Shown here: piece after piece, positions 39,547-51,847 of the stretch
Layout: each line of letters begins with the position of its first letter
How positions within the stretch are numbered: position 1 is the stretch's first letter
NCBI GenBank assembly: GCA_035295165.1
Contig: DATGJN010000093.1
Coordinates: forward strand, 95-64,094
Source: a bacterium
GTDB lineage: Bacteria; Sysuimicrobiota; Sysuimicrobiia; Sysuimicrobiales; Segetimicrobiaceae
Reading direction: 5' to 3'
Length of the DNA stretch: 64,000 nt
Made by a program: the position numbers and the translations under genes
Notes under the pieces: model-generated
The model's input: only the letters and a program-made list of their open reading frames with translations
Told to the model about the DNA's origin: nothing
Database searches by the model: none

Positions 39547-39550
<4 letters not shown>
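38738..39550 (-). CDS. mazG: nucleoside triphosphate pyrophosphohydrolase MazG
   Basis: Tandem EExGD/EELGDLL MazG motifs. The GTG start overlaps the mfd stop (GTGA). Confidence 0.85.
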
Positions 39551-42870
<3,320 letters not shown>

Positions 42871-43134
42871 GCTGAATCCTCCGTAGCTATTGTACGGGAG
42901 GGTCGGAAAACGCGTCAACATGAGGCCTGCGGCCGGTGCCCCGTGCGGTGCGCCGCCTGCGGATCCACGCTGGCCCGTGTCTCAGCGTCTTTGGGGCGAA
43001 GGGACGAGCCCGTGGAGGCCGGGTTCGCACGGAGGGGCGAACGATGCAGAACAGGGCGCGTTGGCAGGACGGTCTCGGAACGTTGTGTCAGGTCGGCGGA
43101 TCTGGTTCACATCACGCGTTCGGGAGAGTGGATG

Positions 43135-43683
43135 TCACGCTGAGCCGGTGTGAGCCGGCTCGAACGCGAGAAACACGTGCTCTCCTTGTTCTCCAATCTT
43201 GACGAATCCCGCATTCTCGAACGCGGCGATCGCGCGGTGGTTACGAGCGACCGGGTCCACGGTGATCTGGCGCCATCCGGCTGCACGCAGATGCACTGAG
43301 AGGGCGCGCACGGCATCGACGCCGAACCCGCGCCCCTGCGCCTCGGGCACGAGCACGATGTCCACTCCTCCGTCAGGCGGTTGGTCCGACCACGCTTGAA
43401 TGTACCCGATTGGCATGCCCACCGCTTCGACGATGAAGGCCTGTCGTGCCGGGTCGCGCCTCAGGTATCGTTCGGCAACCTCTTCTCGGTTCTTCGGCGT
43501 GCCGCCCCACCACACAACGAACGCTGGATCGCCGAACCAACGCGCCAGAGTATCGAGGTCCGCGTCTGACGCTGGTCGCAGCGTCGTCGTCCTTCCGGCG
43601 ATCAGCACGGCGCCGTGCGCATTCCCTTGTCCCGTGTCCTCGCGTGGCGTCACGGCTGCGGAGTTAGCCAACGGTGGTCGCAT
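43135..43683 (-). CDS. GNAT family N-acetyltransferase
   Basis: 182 aa. Acetyl-CoA binding region QGRGFGVDAVRAL. Confidence 0.65.
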   Translation of the reverse strand: MRPPLANSAAVTPREDTGQGNAHGAVLIAGRTTTLRPASDADLDTLARWFGDPAFVVWWGGTPKNREEVAERYLRRDPARQAFIVEAVGMPIGYIQAWSDQPPDGGVDIVLVPEAQGRGFGVDAVRALSVHLRAAGWRQITVDPVARNHRAIAAFENAGFVKIGEQGEHVFLAFEPAHTGSA

Positions 43684-43743
43684 GTCCAGCGGAGGCGCCG
43701 CGCGGGGATTCGGCGTCGAATCGTTGGCGTCGGTGGATCCTGC

Positions 43744-44178
43744 TCAGAGGTGCGTCACCGAGAGGATGCCGTGCCATTTCTCGTTGAGGTATTCGCACAC
43801 CAGCCGCCGATGACAATGTTCGGGTGTCGCCTCGGAGCAAAGGAGGCACGCACCCTCTAACATCTCGGGACGGATCTGGTCTTCGACTCTGCGTGCTCTC
43901 ATCAGGGCGAAGAATCGGGCTCGGTATGCGCTCCAGTCGCCTTTTTGTTGTTTGTAGGTCTTCATGATCTCGTCCGTGGGAGCGAGCAGCGGCTCATGGG
44001 TGTAGCGAACGTTGCCAATCTTTCTGAGGAAATACTCGAGATCCCCGGCCTTGGCAAAGCCGGCGAGCTGTGACGTGTTATGGAGGCGCACGTCCATGAC
44101 TTTCTGGACACCGGCGTTGAGCAAGCGCTCGAAGAAGTGCTCGGCTGTAGTCCTCGTGAACCCGATGGTGCATACCAT
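43744..44178 (-). CDS. DUF488 family protein
   Basis: Start at the internal ATG 44178 (MVCTIGFT...). The pattern is typical of DUF488. Confidence 0.65.
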   Translation of the reverse strand: MVCTIGFTRTTAEHFFERLLNAGVQKVMDVRLHNTSQLAGFAKAGDLEYFLRKIGNVRYTHEPLLAPTDEIMKTYKQQKGDWSAYRARFFALMRARRVEDQIRPEMLEGACLLCSEATPEHCHRRLVCEYLNEKWHGILSVTHL

Positions 44179-44376
44179 GGTGCGCCGTTGAGGTGTCATT
44201 TCCCTAGGGACACGCTATCCGGCGATCCCATGCGTGAGCACCAGGGTGAGCCAGAGCGCGCTGCCGAGCAATGTCAACGCCGTCGTGACCGCACGAGGCC
44301 GACGTAGACTACGGCGAGACGCCTCCGCCAACATGGTGACATCGGGCCGCTCCGGCGGGGGTCCCTCGCGCCTTCG

Positions 44377-46146
44377 TCACACCGTGGAGGGTGTTGTGCT
44401 CGGGAGGCGCCGGCGGCCCCGGTACTGATTGGTGATCGGCAGGCGGCGGTCCTTCCCGAACGCCTTGGGCGTGATCTTCACGCCCGGCGGGGCCTGGCGC
44501 CGCTTGTATTCGCTGTGGTCCACCATGGCGATGACCCGCGCGACGACGTCCGGGTCGAAGCCGTCGGATGCGATCTCATCGGCCGAACGGTCGTTCTCCA
44601 CGTACGCTTCGAGGATCGCGTCGAGCGTCTCGTACGGCGGGAGCGTGTCCTGGTCGGTCTGGCGCTCGCGCAACTCGGCCGTCGGGACACGGTCGATCAC
44701 GCCCTGGGGGACGAGCTCGCGTCCCGCGTGGGCATTTCGCCAGCGCACCAGGCGGTACACGAGCGTTTTCGGCACATCCTTGATCACCGCGAACCCGCCG
44801 GCCATGTCGCCGTACAGCGTGGCGTAGCCGACGCTCATCTCGCTCTTGTTGCCGGTCGTGAGGACGAGCCAGCCGAATTTGTTCGAGAGCGCCATCAAGA
44901 GATTCCCGCGTGTGCGGGCCTGCAGGTTCTCCTCCGTAATATCGCGTGCCCGTCCGCGAAAGGCCCCGGTGAGCGTCGTCTCGTACCCGCCGACGATCGT
45001 GTCGATCGGCAGGTCGAGGGCCTGGATGCCGAGCGCGTCCGTCAGCACCGCTGCGTATCGCCGGCTCTCATCGGCGGTGAACCGGGAGGACATTGTGACG
45101 CCGTGCACGTCGGCTGCGCCGAGCGCGTCGACCGCGATGCACGCGACGAGCGAGGAGTCCACGCCGCCGCTCAACCCGATCGCCACGCCCTGAAACCCGT
45201 TCTTGCGCACGTAGTCCCGCGTGCCCAAGACGAGCGCGCGGTACACTTCCTCGAGTTCGTCCTGGGGGGCGGCCAGCAGCGCGCGGGAGATCGGCGGGCG
45301 TGGCGCGGACGGCGGCGCGGTCGAGAGCGTGTAGACCGGCGCCCGGGTCCCTTCTTCGCGCAGCGCGTCCGGCGTGCGGATCGGATTGTACCGGCGGATA
45401 CCCCGGATCGCTTCAACGTCCAGGTCGCTGACGATCAGCGCCTCGTCAAACGCCGGCCCGCGGGCGACCACGACCCCTGCCGGCCCGACGACCAGGCCCA
45501 TCCCATCGAACACCAACTCGTCCTGACCGCCCACGAGGTTGTTGTACGCGATCGCCAGGGCGTAGTCGCGCGCGCGCGTCTTCAGCATCTCCTCGCGCAC
45601 GCGCCACTTTCCCGCGGAGTACGGTGAGCCGTTGATGTTGACGGCCACGAGCGCGCCGGCGAGCGCCTGGGCGAGGAGAGGCCCGCCCGGCGCCCAGACA
45701 TCCTCGCAGATCGTCACGCCGACCGGGACACCGTGGATCACAAACACCGGGCTCTCGATCCCCGGCTGGAAGTACCGCTTCTCGTCGAACACCCCGTAGT
45801 TCGGGAGCCGCATCTTGCGGTACACGCCCGCGATCCGGCCGTCGTGCAGCACCGCGGCCGCGTTGTACAGGTGATCGCCGGAGTCGGCGAACCCGACGAC
45901 GGCGGCTGTCGTGGTCGCGTGTTTCGCGATCTCTTCCAGGCAGGAGAGGTTCTCCTGGATAAAGTCGGCCTTGAGGAGCAGGTCCTCCGGTGGGTAGCCG
46001 GGCACCGCAAGTTCGGGGAACGACACGATGTCCGCGCCCAGGGTTTGTGCTTCCTCCAGGCGCTCGATGATCTTGCGCGTGTTGCCGTCGAAATCGCCGA
46101 CCGTGGTGTTGATCTGGGCCATCGCGACCCGGAATCGCGGCGCCAT
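44377..46146 (-). CDS. nadE: glutamine-dependent NAD+ synthetase NadE (nitrilase-like glutaminase + NAD synthetase domains)
   Basis: 589 aa. N-terminal CN-hydrolase domain (VAMAQIN, catalytic ICED) and C-terminal PP-loop SGGVDSS. Confidence 0.9.
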   Translation of the reverse strand: MAPRFRVAMAQINTTVGDFDGNTRKIIERLEEAQTLGADIVSFPELAVPGYPPEDLLLKADFIQENLSCLEEIAKHATTTAAVVGFADSGDHLYNAAAVLHDGRIAGVYRKMRLPNYGVFDEKRYFQPGIESPVFVIHGVPVGVTICEDVWAPGGPLLAQALAGALVAVNINGSPYSAGKWRVREEMLKTRARDYALAIAYNNLVGGQDELVFDGMGLVVGPAGVVVARGPAFDEALIVSDLDVEAIRGIRRYNPIRTPDALREEGTRAPVYTLSTAPPSAPRPPISRALLAAPQDELEEVYRALVLGTRDYVRKNGFQGVAIGLSGGVDSSLVACIAVDALGAADVHGVTMSSRFTADESRRYAAVLTDALGIQALDLPIDTIVGGYETTLTGAFRGRARDITEENLQARTRGNLLMALSNKFGWLVLTTGNKSEMSVGYATLYGDMAGGFAVIKDVPKTLVYRLVRWRNAHAGRELVPQGVIDRVPTAELRERQTDQDTLPPYETLDAILEAYVENDRSADEIASDGFDPDVVARVIAMVDHSEYKRRQAPPGVKITPKAFGKDRRLPITNQYRGRRRLPSTTPSTV

Positions 46147-46314
46147 GCGCGTCCTCCCGCTGCGGCGTTCGCACCACGCCTCATCCGGCGTTCATTATAG
46201 CACCTCCGCGGCAGTCGTCCGGTTCCCGCGCCGGCTGTGTGGGAGGTTGCGGCCGCGCGCGGCAGGGGTCGGGCCATGCCGCTGCCAACACATAGCGAGA
46301 TTCGGGAGGGGACG

Positions 46315-47553
46315 ATGCGCACGCCGTTGGTGATGAGCCGGGAAGGGGTAGCACGGTTTCTGCTGCACGCCCAGCACCTGAGCCGTGCGGCGGCGCCAGG
46401 ACGAGCCGGTCGGGTGTCCCCCGTCGTGACCCTCCGGAAGATCCGGCGGCTGGAGTGCGTGCAGATCGACCCCGTTGCGGTCGTCGAGCGCAATCAGCAC
46501 CTCGTGCTGGCCGCACGCCTGCCGGGCTACGATCCGGGAAGCCTCGAGGCGCTCCTGCGGCGAGGTCGTGTGTTCGAATATTGGGCCAACGCGGCGTGCA
46601 TCATTCCGATTGAAGCGTTTCCGGTGTTCGAAGGCACGCGGCGTCGGTTCCGCAGCCGCCTCGGCTCGGAGCTCCGGACGCTGCGCCCGATCGTGCGCCG
46701 GATGATGGCGGCGCTCGAGTCCCGCGGTCCGCTGCCCGCCCGCGAGTTTGCGTCCCCGGAGCGTCTCCGAGGCGCCTGGGACCTGTCGGAGGCGCGCACC
46801 AAGGCGACCTCGCACGCGCTCACGTTGCTCTTTCGAACCGGGGCCCTCGTCGTCGCGAAACGCGACCGCGCGGAGCGGTATTTTGATCTGCCGGAGCGCG
46901 CGATCCCGGCAGGTCTGCTCCGGGACGCCGCGGCGATGAAGACCGCGGATGCCGACGACGCCCTGTTGGAGATGTATCTGCACGCGTATCGAGTGTTCGA
47001 CGCCGGTGACCCGCGGTTCGGTTGGCGCGCCATGACCATCGCGGGACGCCGCGACGCCGTCCAACGGCGGATCCGCGACGGGGCGATCGTGCCGCTGACG
47101 ATCAGCGGCGTGGCGCGGCAGTACTTCGTGCTGGCGCGCGACGTGCCCGCGCTCCAGCGCCATGAGCGCACCGCGGCGGCGGGCGACGATGACGCTGGCT
47201 TCCCCGCGCGCTTTCTGCCGCCGCTCGACAACCTGCTCTGGCGGCGCGAGCGGATCGCGGACGTGTTCGGCTTTCGGTACCTGTGGGAAGGGTATCTGCC
47301 GGTAGCCCGGCGACGATACGGACACTACGCGATGCCGATCCTGGTCGGATCGAGGTTGGTCGGACGCATCGACCCTCGCCTGGACCGGGCGCGTGGGCGT
47401 CTCGTCGTGCGGCTGCTTCATCTCGAACCCCACGTCGCGATCACGCGCGGTCTCCGCGAGAGCTTGGCGACCGGCCTCGAGGCGTTTGCGAAGTTCCACG
47501 AGGCCGGCGACGTCGAGGTGGAGCGAACGTATCCCGCGCGGCTGCGGGTGTGA
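46315..47553 (+). CDS. winged-helix DNA-binding protein of the YcaQ (DUF1006) family (interstrand-crosslink DNA glycosylase-like)
   Basis: ATG at 46315 with a GGGAGGGG RBS. Family resemblance over the whole length. Confidence 0.65.
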   Translation: MRTPLVMSREGVARFLLHAQHLSRAAAPGRAGRVSPVVTLRKIRRLECVQIDPVAVVERNQHLVLAARLPGYDPGSLEALLRRGRVFEYWANAACIIPIEAFPVFEGTRRRFRSRLGSELRTLRPIVRRMMAALESRGPLPAREFASPERLRGAWDLSEARTKATSHALTLLFRTGALVVAKRDRAERYFDLPERAIPAGLLRDAAAMKTADADDALLEMYLHAYRVFDAGDPRFGWRAMTIAGRRDAVQRRIRDGAIVPLTISGVARQYFVLARDVPALQRHERTAAAGDDDAGFPARFLPPLDNLLWRRERIADVFGFRYLWEGYLPVARRRYGHYAMPILVGSRLVGRIDPRLDRARGRLVVRLLHLEPHVAITRGLRESLATGLEAFAKFHEAGDVEVERTYPARLRV

Positions 47554-47723
47554 CGGCGCGACGCGTGCGCCCGGCCGATTCACGGGCCACCGGTGTCGGC
47601 GACCGGCCAAGCGATGCTTGAGCCCCAGACCCGCTGTCAGCTTTCCTGACCGGTGGCGCAACTCATCACGCGCCAGCGCCGGCTATTTCGTCGCGAGCCG
47701 GAGAGGGACCTGACCCCACGCGT

Positions 47724-47987
47724 TTAGGGGGCGGTCGCGTTCAGCGGGATCGGACAACGGCGCGCCTGCAAGCGCCGGGGCTCGTGCATGCGGTAGTCCA
47801 TCGAGTGTGAACGTCGCCGCGCCGCCGTAGGACCGACGAATGCCTTACCGCCGCCGGATCGCCTGGGCGCCCCGGACTCTTCCCGACGACGGTTGCGCTC
47901 GATCTCCGTGAGACCCGGGACGACTGCATAAGCGCGCTCCTGGGCGCCTCTAGATGCGGTGAGGTTGGGCATTTCAGGCGTGGCCAT
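47724..47987 (-). CDS. hypothetical small basic protein (87 aa)
   Basis: ATG at 47987 with a GGAGGG RBS 7 nt upstream. No similarity recognised. Embedded in an otherwise non-coding 800-bp gap. Confidence 0.2.
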   Translation of the reverse strand: MATPEMPNLTASRGAQERAYAVVPGLTEIERNRRREESGAPRRSGGGKAFVGPTAARRRSHSMDYRMHEPRRLQARRCPIPLNATAP

Positions 47988-48354
47988 CGTGCGTCCCTCC
48001 TGCGACCGCAGCGCGAGCCCGCTCTGCTCTGGTTGACTCACCGACTTCAACCGGTCGGGCCGCAGTTGGCCGATGACGTACCGTGCGGGCCGCGCACGTC
48101 CTGGCCGCGGTCGAGCGGGCGCTTCCCATGGAGGCCGCTCATTTGTCGGGATCTTCTGTCGGCCGATTCGGACCGCGAACAGCCGTTCCGGCGGGCGCAC
48201 TCGAAAGATTCGTTTGGCCGGCCCGAAGGTCGGGGACCTCGTAATCAGAAATCGCCACCGGATCAACGGGCAATCCGGTATCGGTCGACCGCGGCGTGGC
48301 CGCGGGTTGCGCAGGACAGGCAGGCGGTGGGTGAGATCAACCCGGGGGTGATCC

Positions 48355-49233
48355 ATGAGACCTGCACGGCAGATGGTTGCGGTGATCGTCGGCGTCGTCC
48401 TGGTGGCCGGGCCGTGGTCCCTCGCCCGGGCGGTCGCCCAGCAAAGCACGGGGGTGATCATTCGCGGCACGGTGGTGGCGGTGAATCCCGGAGCCTCGTC
48501 CTTCGTGATCTCGCCGACCGGCGATCGTTCGCACCCAGTCACGGTGTTCGTCCAACGATTTACCAAACTGTCCGCGCAGCGAAACGGGACACTTGCGGTC
48601 GCGACGTTCAAGGACCTCGTCCCCGGCGACTATGTGGTGGTGGAGACGCTGACGCTCGACAGTGGACAGGTCGTCGCGCTTGACGCACAGATCACCCTGC
48701 CAGGGACAGGAAGGACGGCGAGTGCGGGTGGCGGGAACATCGCAACAGGGGCGAGCCGCGGATCGTCGACGCAGGGCGCGTCCGTCGGCTCCGCGGCGGA
48801 CGGAACGACCTCTGCGGGGCCAGGCACCGGCGGCGCTGTCGGCTCGACGTCCGGCGGTAGTCCGAACGTGAACGGCAGCGTGGCGGGCGGATCGGGCGGC
48901 GTCGACGTAGGCGGCAACGGATCGTCCGGCACCGGCACAAGCGTGGACGCCAGTGGATCGGCCAGCACAAGTGGGGCAACCACCGGCGTCGGCGGCAACA
49001 GCAACGGTGCGGGCGTGAGCGGGAACGCCTCCGGTGGCGCCGGTGGCGCGAACGCGGGTGCCGCGGGCGCAGCGGGCAACGGTGGTCCAAGCGCGAACGC
49101 GAGTGGGAGTGGGGCGACAAGCGGCGGCGCCAATGCAAGCGGCGGCGTGTCGTCCGGCACTGGCGGTTCGGGGGCCAGCGCCGGGGCGTCTGTCGGCGGT
49201 GGCGGGGTGAACGTCGGCGTCAACGGTCATTAG
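48355..49233 (+). CDS. secreted protein: signal peptide + ~100-aa beta-rich domain + ~180-aa Gly/Ser/Ala/Asn/Thr-rich low-complexity tail
   Basis: MRPARQMVAVIVGVVLVAGPWSLARAVAQQ signal peptide. The tail is composed almost only of G, S, A, N, T and V. RBS GGGGGTG. Confidence 0.6.
   Translation: MRPARQMVAVIVGVVLVAGPWSLARAVAQQSTGVIIRGTVVAVNPGASSFVISPTGDRSHPVTVFVQRFTKLSAQRNGTLAVATFKDLVPGDYVVVETLTLDSGQVVALDAQITLPGTGRTASAGGGNIATGASRGSSTQGASVGSAADGTTSAGPGTGGAVGSTSGGSPNVNGSVAGGSGGVDVGGNGSSGTGTSVDASGSASTSGATTGVGGNSNGAGVSGNASGGAGGANAGAAGAAGNGGPSANASGSGATSGGANASGGVSSGTGGSGASAGASVGGGGVNVGVNGH
48720..49230 (+). repeat. low-complexity GGC/GGN-rich coding repeat encoding the Gly/Ser-rich tail
   Basis: Reiterated ggcggc/agcggc/aacggc units, read directly. 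Confidence 0.6.
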
Positions 49234-49457
49234 CGCGGGTGGAGGCCGGGAGTCGATCGGCCTCCACGCCCGCTGTGCCGGGCCAGAACGCGGTTGGCAC
49301 TCAGCGTGCAGCGACGTGAGGCCTCGGCGGCCACGGGCATCAAACTCGTCGACGCCCGACCGTGGGCGGAGGGAGGGGCGGGCGAAGAGAAATCGGCGAG
49401 GCCCCACCGAACTTCCGGCGGGGCCTCGCCTCCGGCCCGGGAGGGGCGTCCCGGAAC

Positions 49458-50900
49458 CTACACGTCGTAGTAGAGGAAGAACTCGTACGGAACCGGTCGG
49501 ATGTCCACCTCATAGAGCTCTTTCGTGCGCTTGTAGTCGACCCAGGTGTCCAGCAGGTCCCGCGTAAAGACGTCTCCCTCCATCAGAAACTCGTGGTCTG
49601 ACTCGAGCGCCGCGAGCGCGGCGCCGAGGGAACCCGGCACGCTCTTGATCTTGGCCGCGTCCTCGGGCGAGAGGTGGTACGTGTTCGTGTCCAGCGGACC
49701 GAACCCCGCCTTCGTCGGGTCGATCTTCCGCTTGATCCCGTCCAACCCGGCCATCAGCATCGCGGCGAACGCGAGATACGGGTTGCACGTCGCGTCTGGA
49801 CACCGGAACTCGAGACGCTTGCTCGCCGCGGCCGCGGGCCCGGCGAAGTACATCGGGATGCGCACCGCCGCGCTCCGGTTGCGCTTGCTGAACGCGACGT
49901 TCACCGGGGCTTCGTAATGCGGCACGAGCCGGCGGTACGAGTTGGTCGTGCACGCGCACAGCGCGAGGAGCGCGTCGACGTGCGTCAACAGTCCGCCGAC
50001 GTAGTAGAGGGCGTCCTGGCTCAACTCCGCGTAGCCGCCCTCACTGTAGAATAGGTTCGCGCCGCCTTTCCAGAGGCTCTGGTGTGTGTGCATCCCGGTA
50101 CCGTTGTCGCCAAACAACGGCTTCGGCATGAACGTCGCCGTCATGCCGTGGCGTCGCGCGATGTTCTTCACGATGTACTTGTAGCTCAGCAGGCTGTCGG
50201 CCATCCTGGTGAGCGTGTTGTACTTCATGTCGATCTCGCACTGCCCCGCCGAGGCGACCTCGTGGTGCTGCATCTCCACCTCGATGCCCCACGCTTCCAT
50301 CTGGAGCGACATCTCACTGCGCAGGTCCAGCAGCGTGTCGGCCGGCGGAACAGGGAAGTAGCCCTCCTTGGTGCGGATCCGGTTGCCCATTCCGGGCTGC
50401 CCGGTGTTCCAGACGGCCTCGGGGGAGTCGATGCTGTAGCCCATCCGGTGCGGAAGCACTTCGTACTGCACGTTGCTGAAGACGAAGAACTCCGCCTCCG
50501 GCCCCCAGTAGCTCACGTCCGCGACTCCCGACTGCTTGAGGTAGTCCTCCGCCTTCTGCGCGACGTACCGGGGATCGCGGGAATATGGCTTGCCCGTGGT
50601 GGGATCGTTGACGTTGCAGACGATCGACAGCGTCGGGATCTCCGTAAACGGGTCGGGATGAGCCGTCGCCGGATCGGGCATGAGGAGCATGTCGCTCTCT
50701 TCGATCGCCTGGAAGCCGCGGATGCTGCTCCCGTCGAACCCGATGCCGCGCTTGAACGTTTTGTCGTCGATCTGGCTCGCCGGAATCGTCGCGTGCTGCC
50801 ACGTGCCGGGCACGTCCACGAACTTGAGATCCACCATCTTGATGCCGCGGTCCTTGATATACGCGACGACATCCTGTGCGGTCATCTCCTTGCCAGGCAT
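49458..50900 (-). CDS. glnA: glutamine synthetase type I (GlnA)
   Basis: 480 aa, close to actinobacterial GlnA1 blocks (DGSSIRGFQ, KPLFGDNGSGMH, NRSAAVRIP, and the adenylylation-region tail). RBS GGAGGTGGAG. Confidence 0.92.
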   Translation of the reverse strand: MPGKEMTAQDVVAYIKDRGIKMVDLKFVDVPGTWQHATIPASQIDDKTFKRGIGFDGSSIRGFQAIEESDMLLMPDPATAHPDPFTEIPTLSIVCNVNDPTTGKPYSRDPRYVAQKAEDYLKQSGVADVSYWGPEAEFFVFSNVQYEVLPHRMGYSIDSPEAVWNTGQPGMGNRIRTKEGYFPVPPADTLLDLRSEMSLQMEAWGIEVEMQHHEVASAGQCEIDMKYNTLTRMADSLLSYKYIVKNIARRHGMTATFMPKPLFGDNGTGMHTHQSLWKGGANLFYSEGGYAELSQDALYYVGGLLTHVDALLALCACTTNSYRRLVPHYEAPVNVAFSKRNRSAAVRIPMYFAGPAAAASKRLEFRCPDATCNPYLAFAAMLMAGLDGIKRKIDPTKAGFGPLDTNTYHLSPEDAAKIKSVPGSLGAALAALESDHEFLMEGDVFTRDLLDTWVDYKRTKELYEVDIRPVPYEFFLYYDV

Positions 50901-50950
50901 TTCTCCACCTCCGCATCCCCCGCCCCGGGATTATGTCTGGATTGTCGGGC

Positions 50951-50988
50951 CAAACAAAAACGCCCTCCGAGCCGATGCTCGGAAGGCG
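50951..50988 (-). terminator. intrinsic terminator/attenuator in the glnA 5' UTR: 11-bp stem (one mismatch), hexaloop, then UUUUUGUUU
   Basis: Minus strand: CGCCUUCCGAG-caucgg-CUCGGAGGGCG then UUUUUGUUU (plus coordinates 50961-50988 stem, 50951-50960 A-run). It lies between the predicted glnA promoter (about 51024-51052) and the glnA RBS (about 50910). Confidence 0.55.
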
Positions 50989-51023
50989 TCCAGGCCCCCG
51001 GTACCTCTGAGTACCTAGTGAGT

Positions 51024-51052
51024 TTTATACCACGTCAGGCGGATGAAGTCAA
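51024..51052 (-). promoter_or_regulatory. near-consensus sigma-70-type promoter TTGACT-17 bp-TATAAA driving the glnA leader
   Basis: Minus-strand -35 at 51047-51052 and -10 at 51024-51029, read directly. The predicted TSS is about 20 nt upstream of the terminator hairpin. Confidence 0.5.
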
Positions 51053-51075
51053 CCGGACGTCCCTCATGTGTCACG

Positions 51076-51092
51076 GTTCAGGCGGTTTGTTG
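51076..51092 (-). promoter_or_regulatory. CAACAAAC-n5-GAAC element immediately upstream of the glnA -35; shares the 8-mer CAACAAAC with the amtB upstream repeats
   Basis: Read directly (minus strand GGGGCAACAAACCGCCTGAACCGTG). Confidence 0.2.
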
Positions 51093-51247
51093 CCCCGTAG
51101 CTGCTCAGCGATTCTGTCACTTGGGCATGAAGGATCCGGGAGCCGATTGCGTCGACGCGGAGCAACCACCGGGCGCAGGTCCTGACACAGGTGCAGCGGG
51201 GGCGCTCACGGTGGAAGAGGCGGCCTGCTGTTGGGCCGCTTATGACC

Positions 51248-51289
51248 GGGACGGCCGCCGACGGCACGGCACCGCTCGGCGGCCGTCCC
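51248..51289 (-). terminator. perfect 14-bp-stem hairpin just after the VOC gene stop (no U-tract)
   Basis: GGGACGGCCGCCGA-n14-TCGGCGGCCGTCCC, 20-60 nt downstream of the stop at 51309. Likely a factor-independent terminator/RNA stabiliser of the high-GC type. Confidence 0.35.
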
Positions 51290-51308
51290 GGATGCGCGGA
51301 GTGGTGCC

Positions 51309-51656
51309 TTAGCTCTTGACCAACCCGACGCGATTGCCGTCCGGATCGGCGAAGAGCGCGAACGTCACCATACCCGGGATCTCAGTGGGCGGAACCACGG
51401 TCTTGCCGCCCAGCTGCTGGACTTTGTTCAAGTACGCTTGGAGGTCGTTCACGCGCACGTAGAACGTGACCTGCTGCTGCCCGTCCGGCGACGTGCCGAT
51501 GCCCCCGCCGACGCCGCCGGCGTCTTTGCCGTCGACGAGCCCGTACCCCATCGGGTTGTCGGCGTTGACCTTCCATCCGAAGAGCTGGCCGTAGAACCGC
51601 TGGAGCTTTGGGCCGTCCTTTCCCATGATCTCCCAGTGCACGACCGGATCGCCCAT
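51309..51656 (-). CDS. VOC family (glyoxalase/bleomycin-resistance) protein
   Basis: Start at the third of three ATGs (51656) with an AAGGAGG RBS. 115 aa, HWEIMGKDG...GNRVGL glyoxalase fold. Confidence 0.7.
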   Translation of the reverse strand: MGDPVVHWEIMGKDGPKLQRFYGQLFGWKVNADNPMGYGLVDGKDAGGVGGGIGTSPDGQQQVTFYVRVNDLQAYLNKVQQLGGKTVVPPTEIPGMVTFALFADPDGNRVGLVKS

Positions 51657-51847
51657 CATCATCCTCCTTGATCGATCAGGGTGCCCGAACTGGCGTGCGC
51701 CCGTGGACCTGCTCCAGGCTCGAACTCGGCGAGGCAGAGGAGCGCGAAGCGGCGCGTTTAATGCGGCGTCCTCCAGTCTGCCAGCGTGGAGTAACGTTCG
51801 TGTAGCGCAGCGCGGTCGGGCCGGATGCCGCCCGGACGGTTGCGGCG

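Noticed and set aside
47724-48611. 295-aa minus-strand ORF spanning the YcaQ / Gly-rich-protein intergenic gap
   Set aside because: The composition is R/P/T-rich and non-protein-like. There is no RBS at its 5' end. Only the C-terminal 87 codons, downstream of an internal ATG with a GGAGGG RBS, were kept as a low-confidence small ORF.
50901-51052. ANTAR dual-hexaloop target motif or glutamine riboswitch in the glnA and amtB leaders
   Set aside because: I looked for two hairpins with 6-nt loops carrying A at position 1 and G at position 4. The glnA leader loops are ucagag and caucgg, and the amtB leader has no paired hexaloops. No fit to the glutamine-riboswitch E-loop/pseudoknot pattern was evident either. 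The leaders are reported only as generic terminator-containing attenuator candidates.
51030-51130. Firmicute-type GlnR/TnrA operator (TGTNA-N7-TNACA) at glnA and amtB
   Set aside because: No 17-bp inverted repeat of that form is present. The nearest candidates (TGTGACAGAATCGCTGAGCA, TGTCAACAAACTGCAAC) fail at the second half-site. A direct-repeat (OmpR/GlnR-actinobacterial) model fits better.
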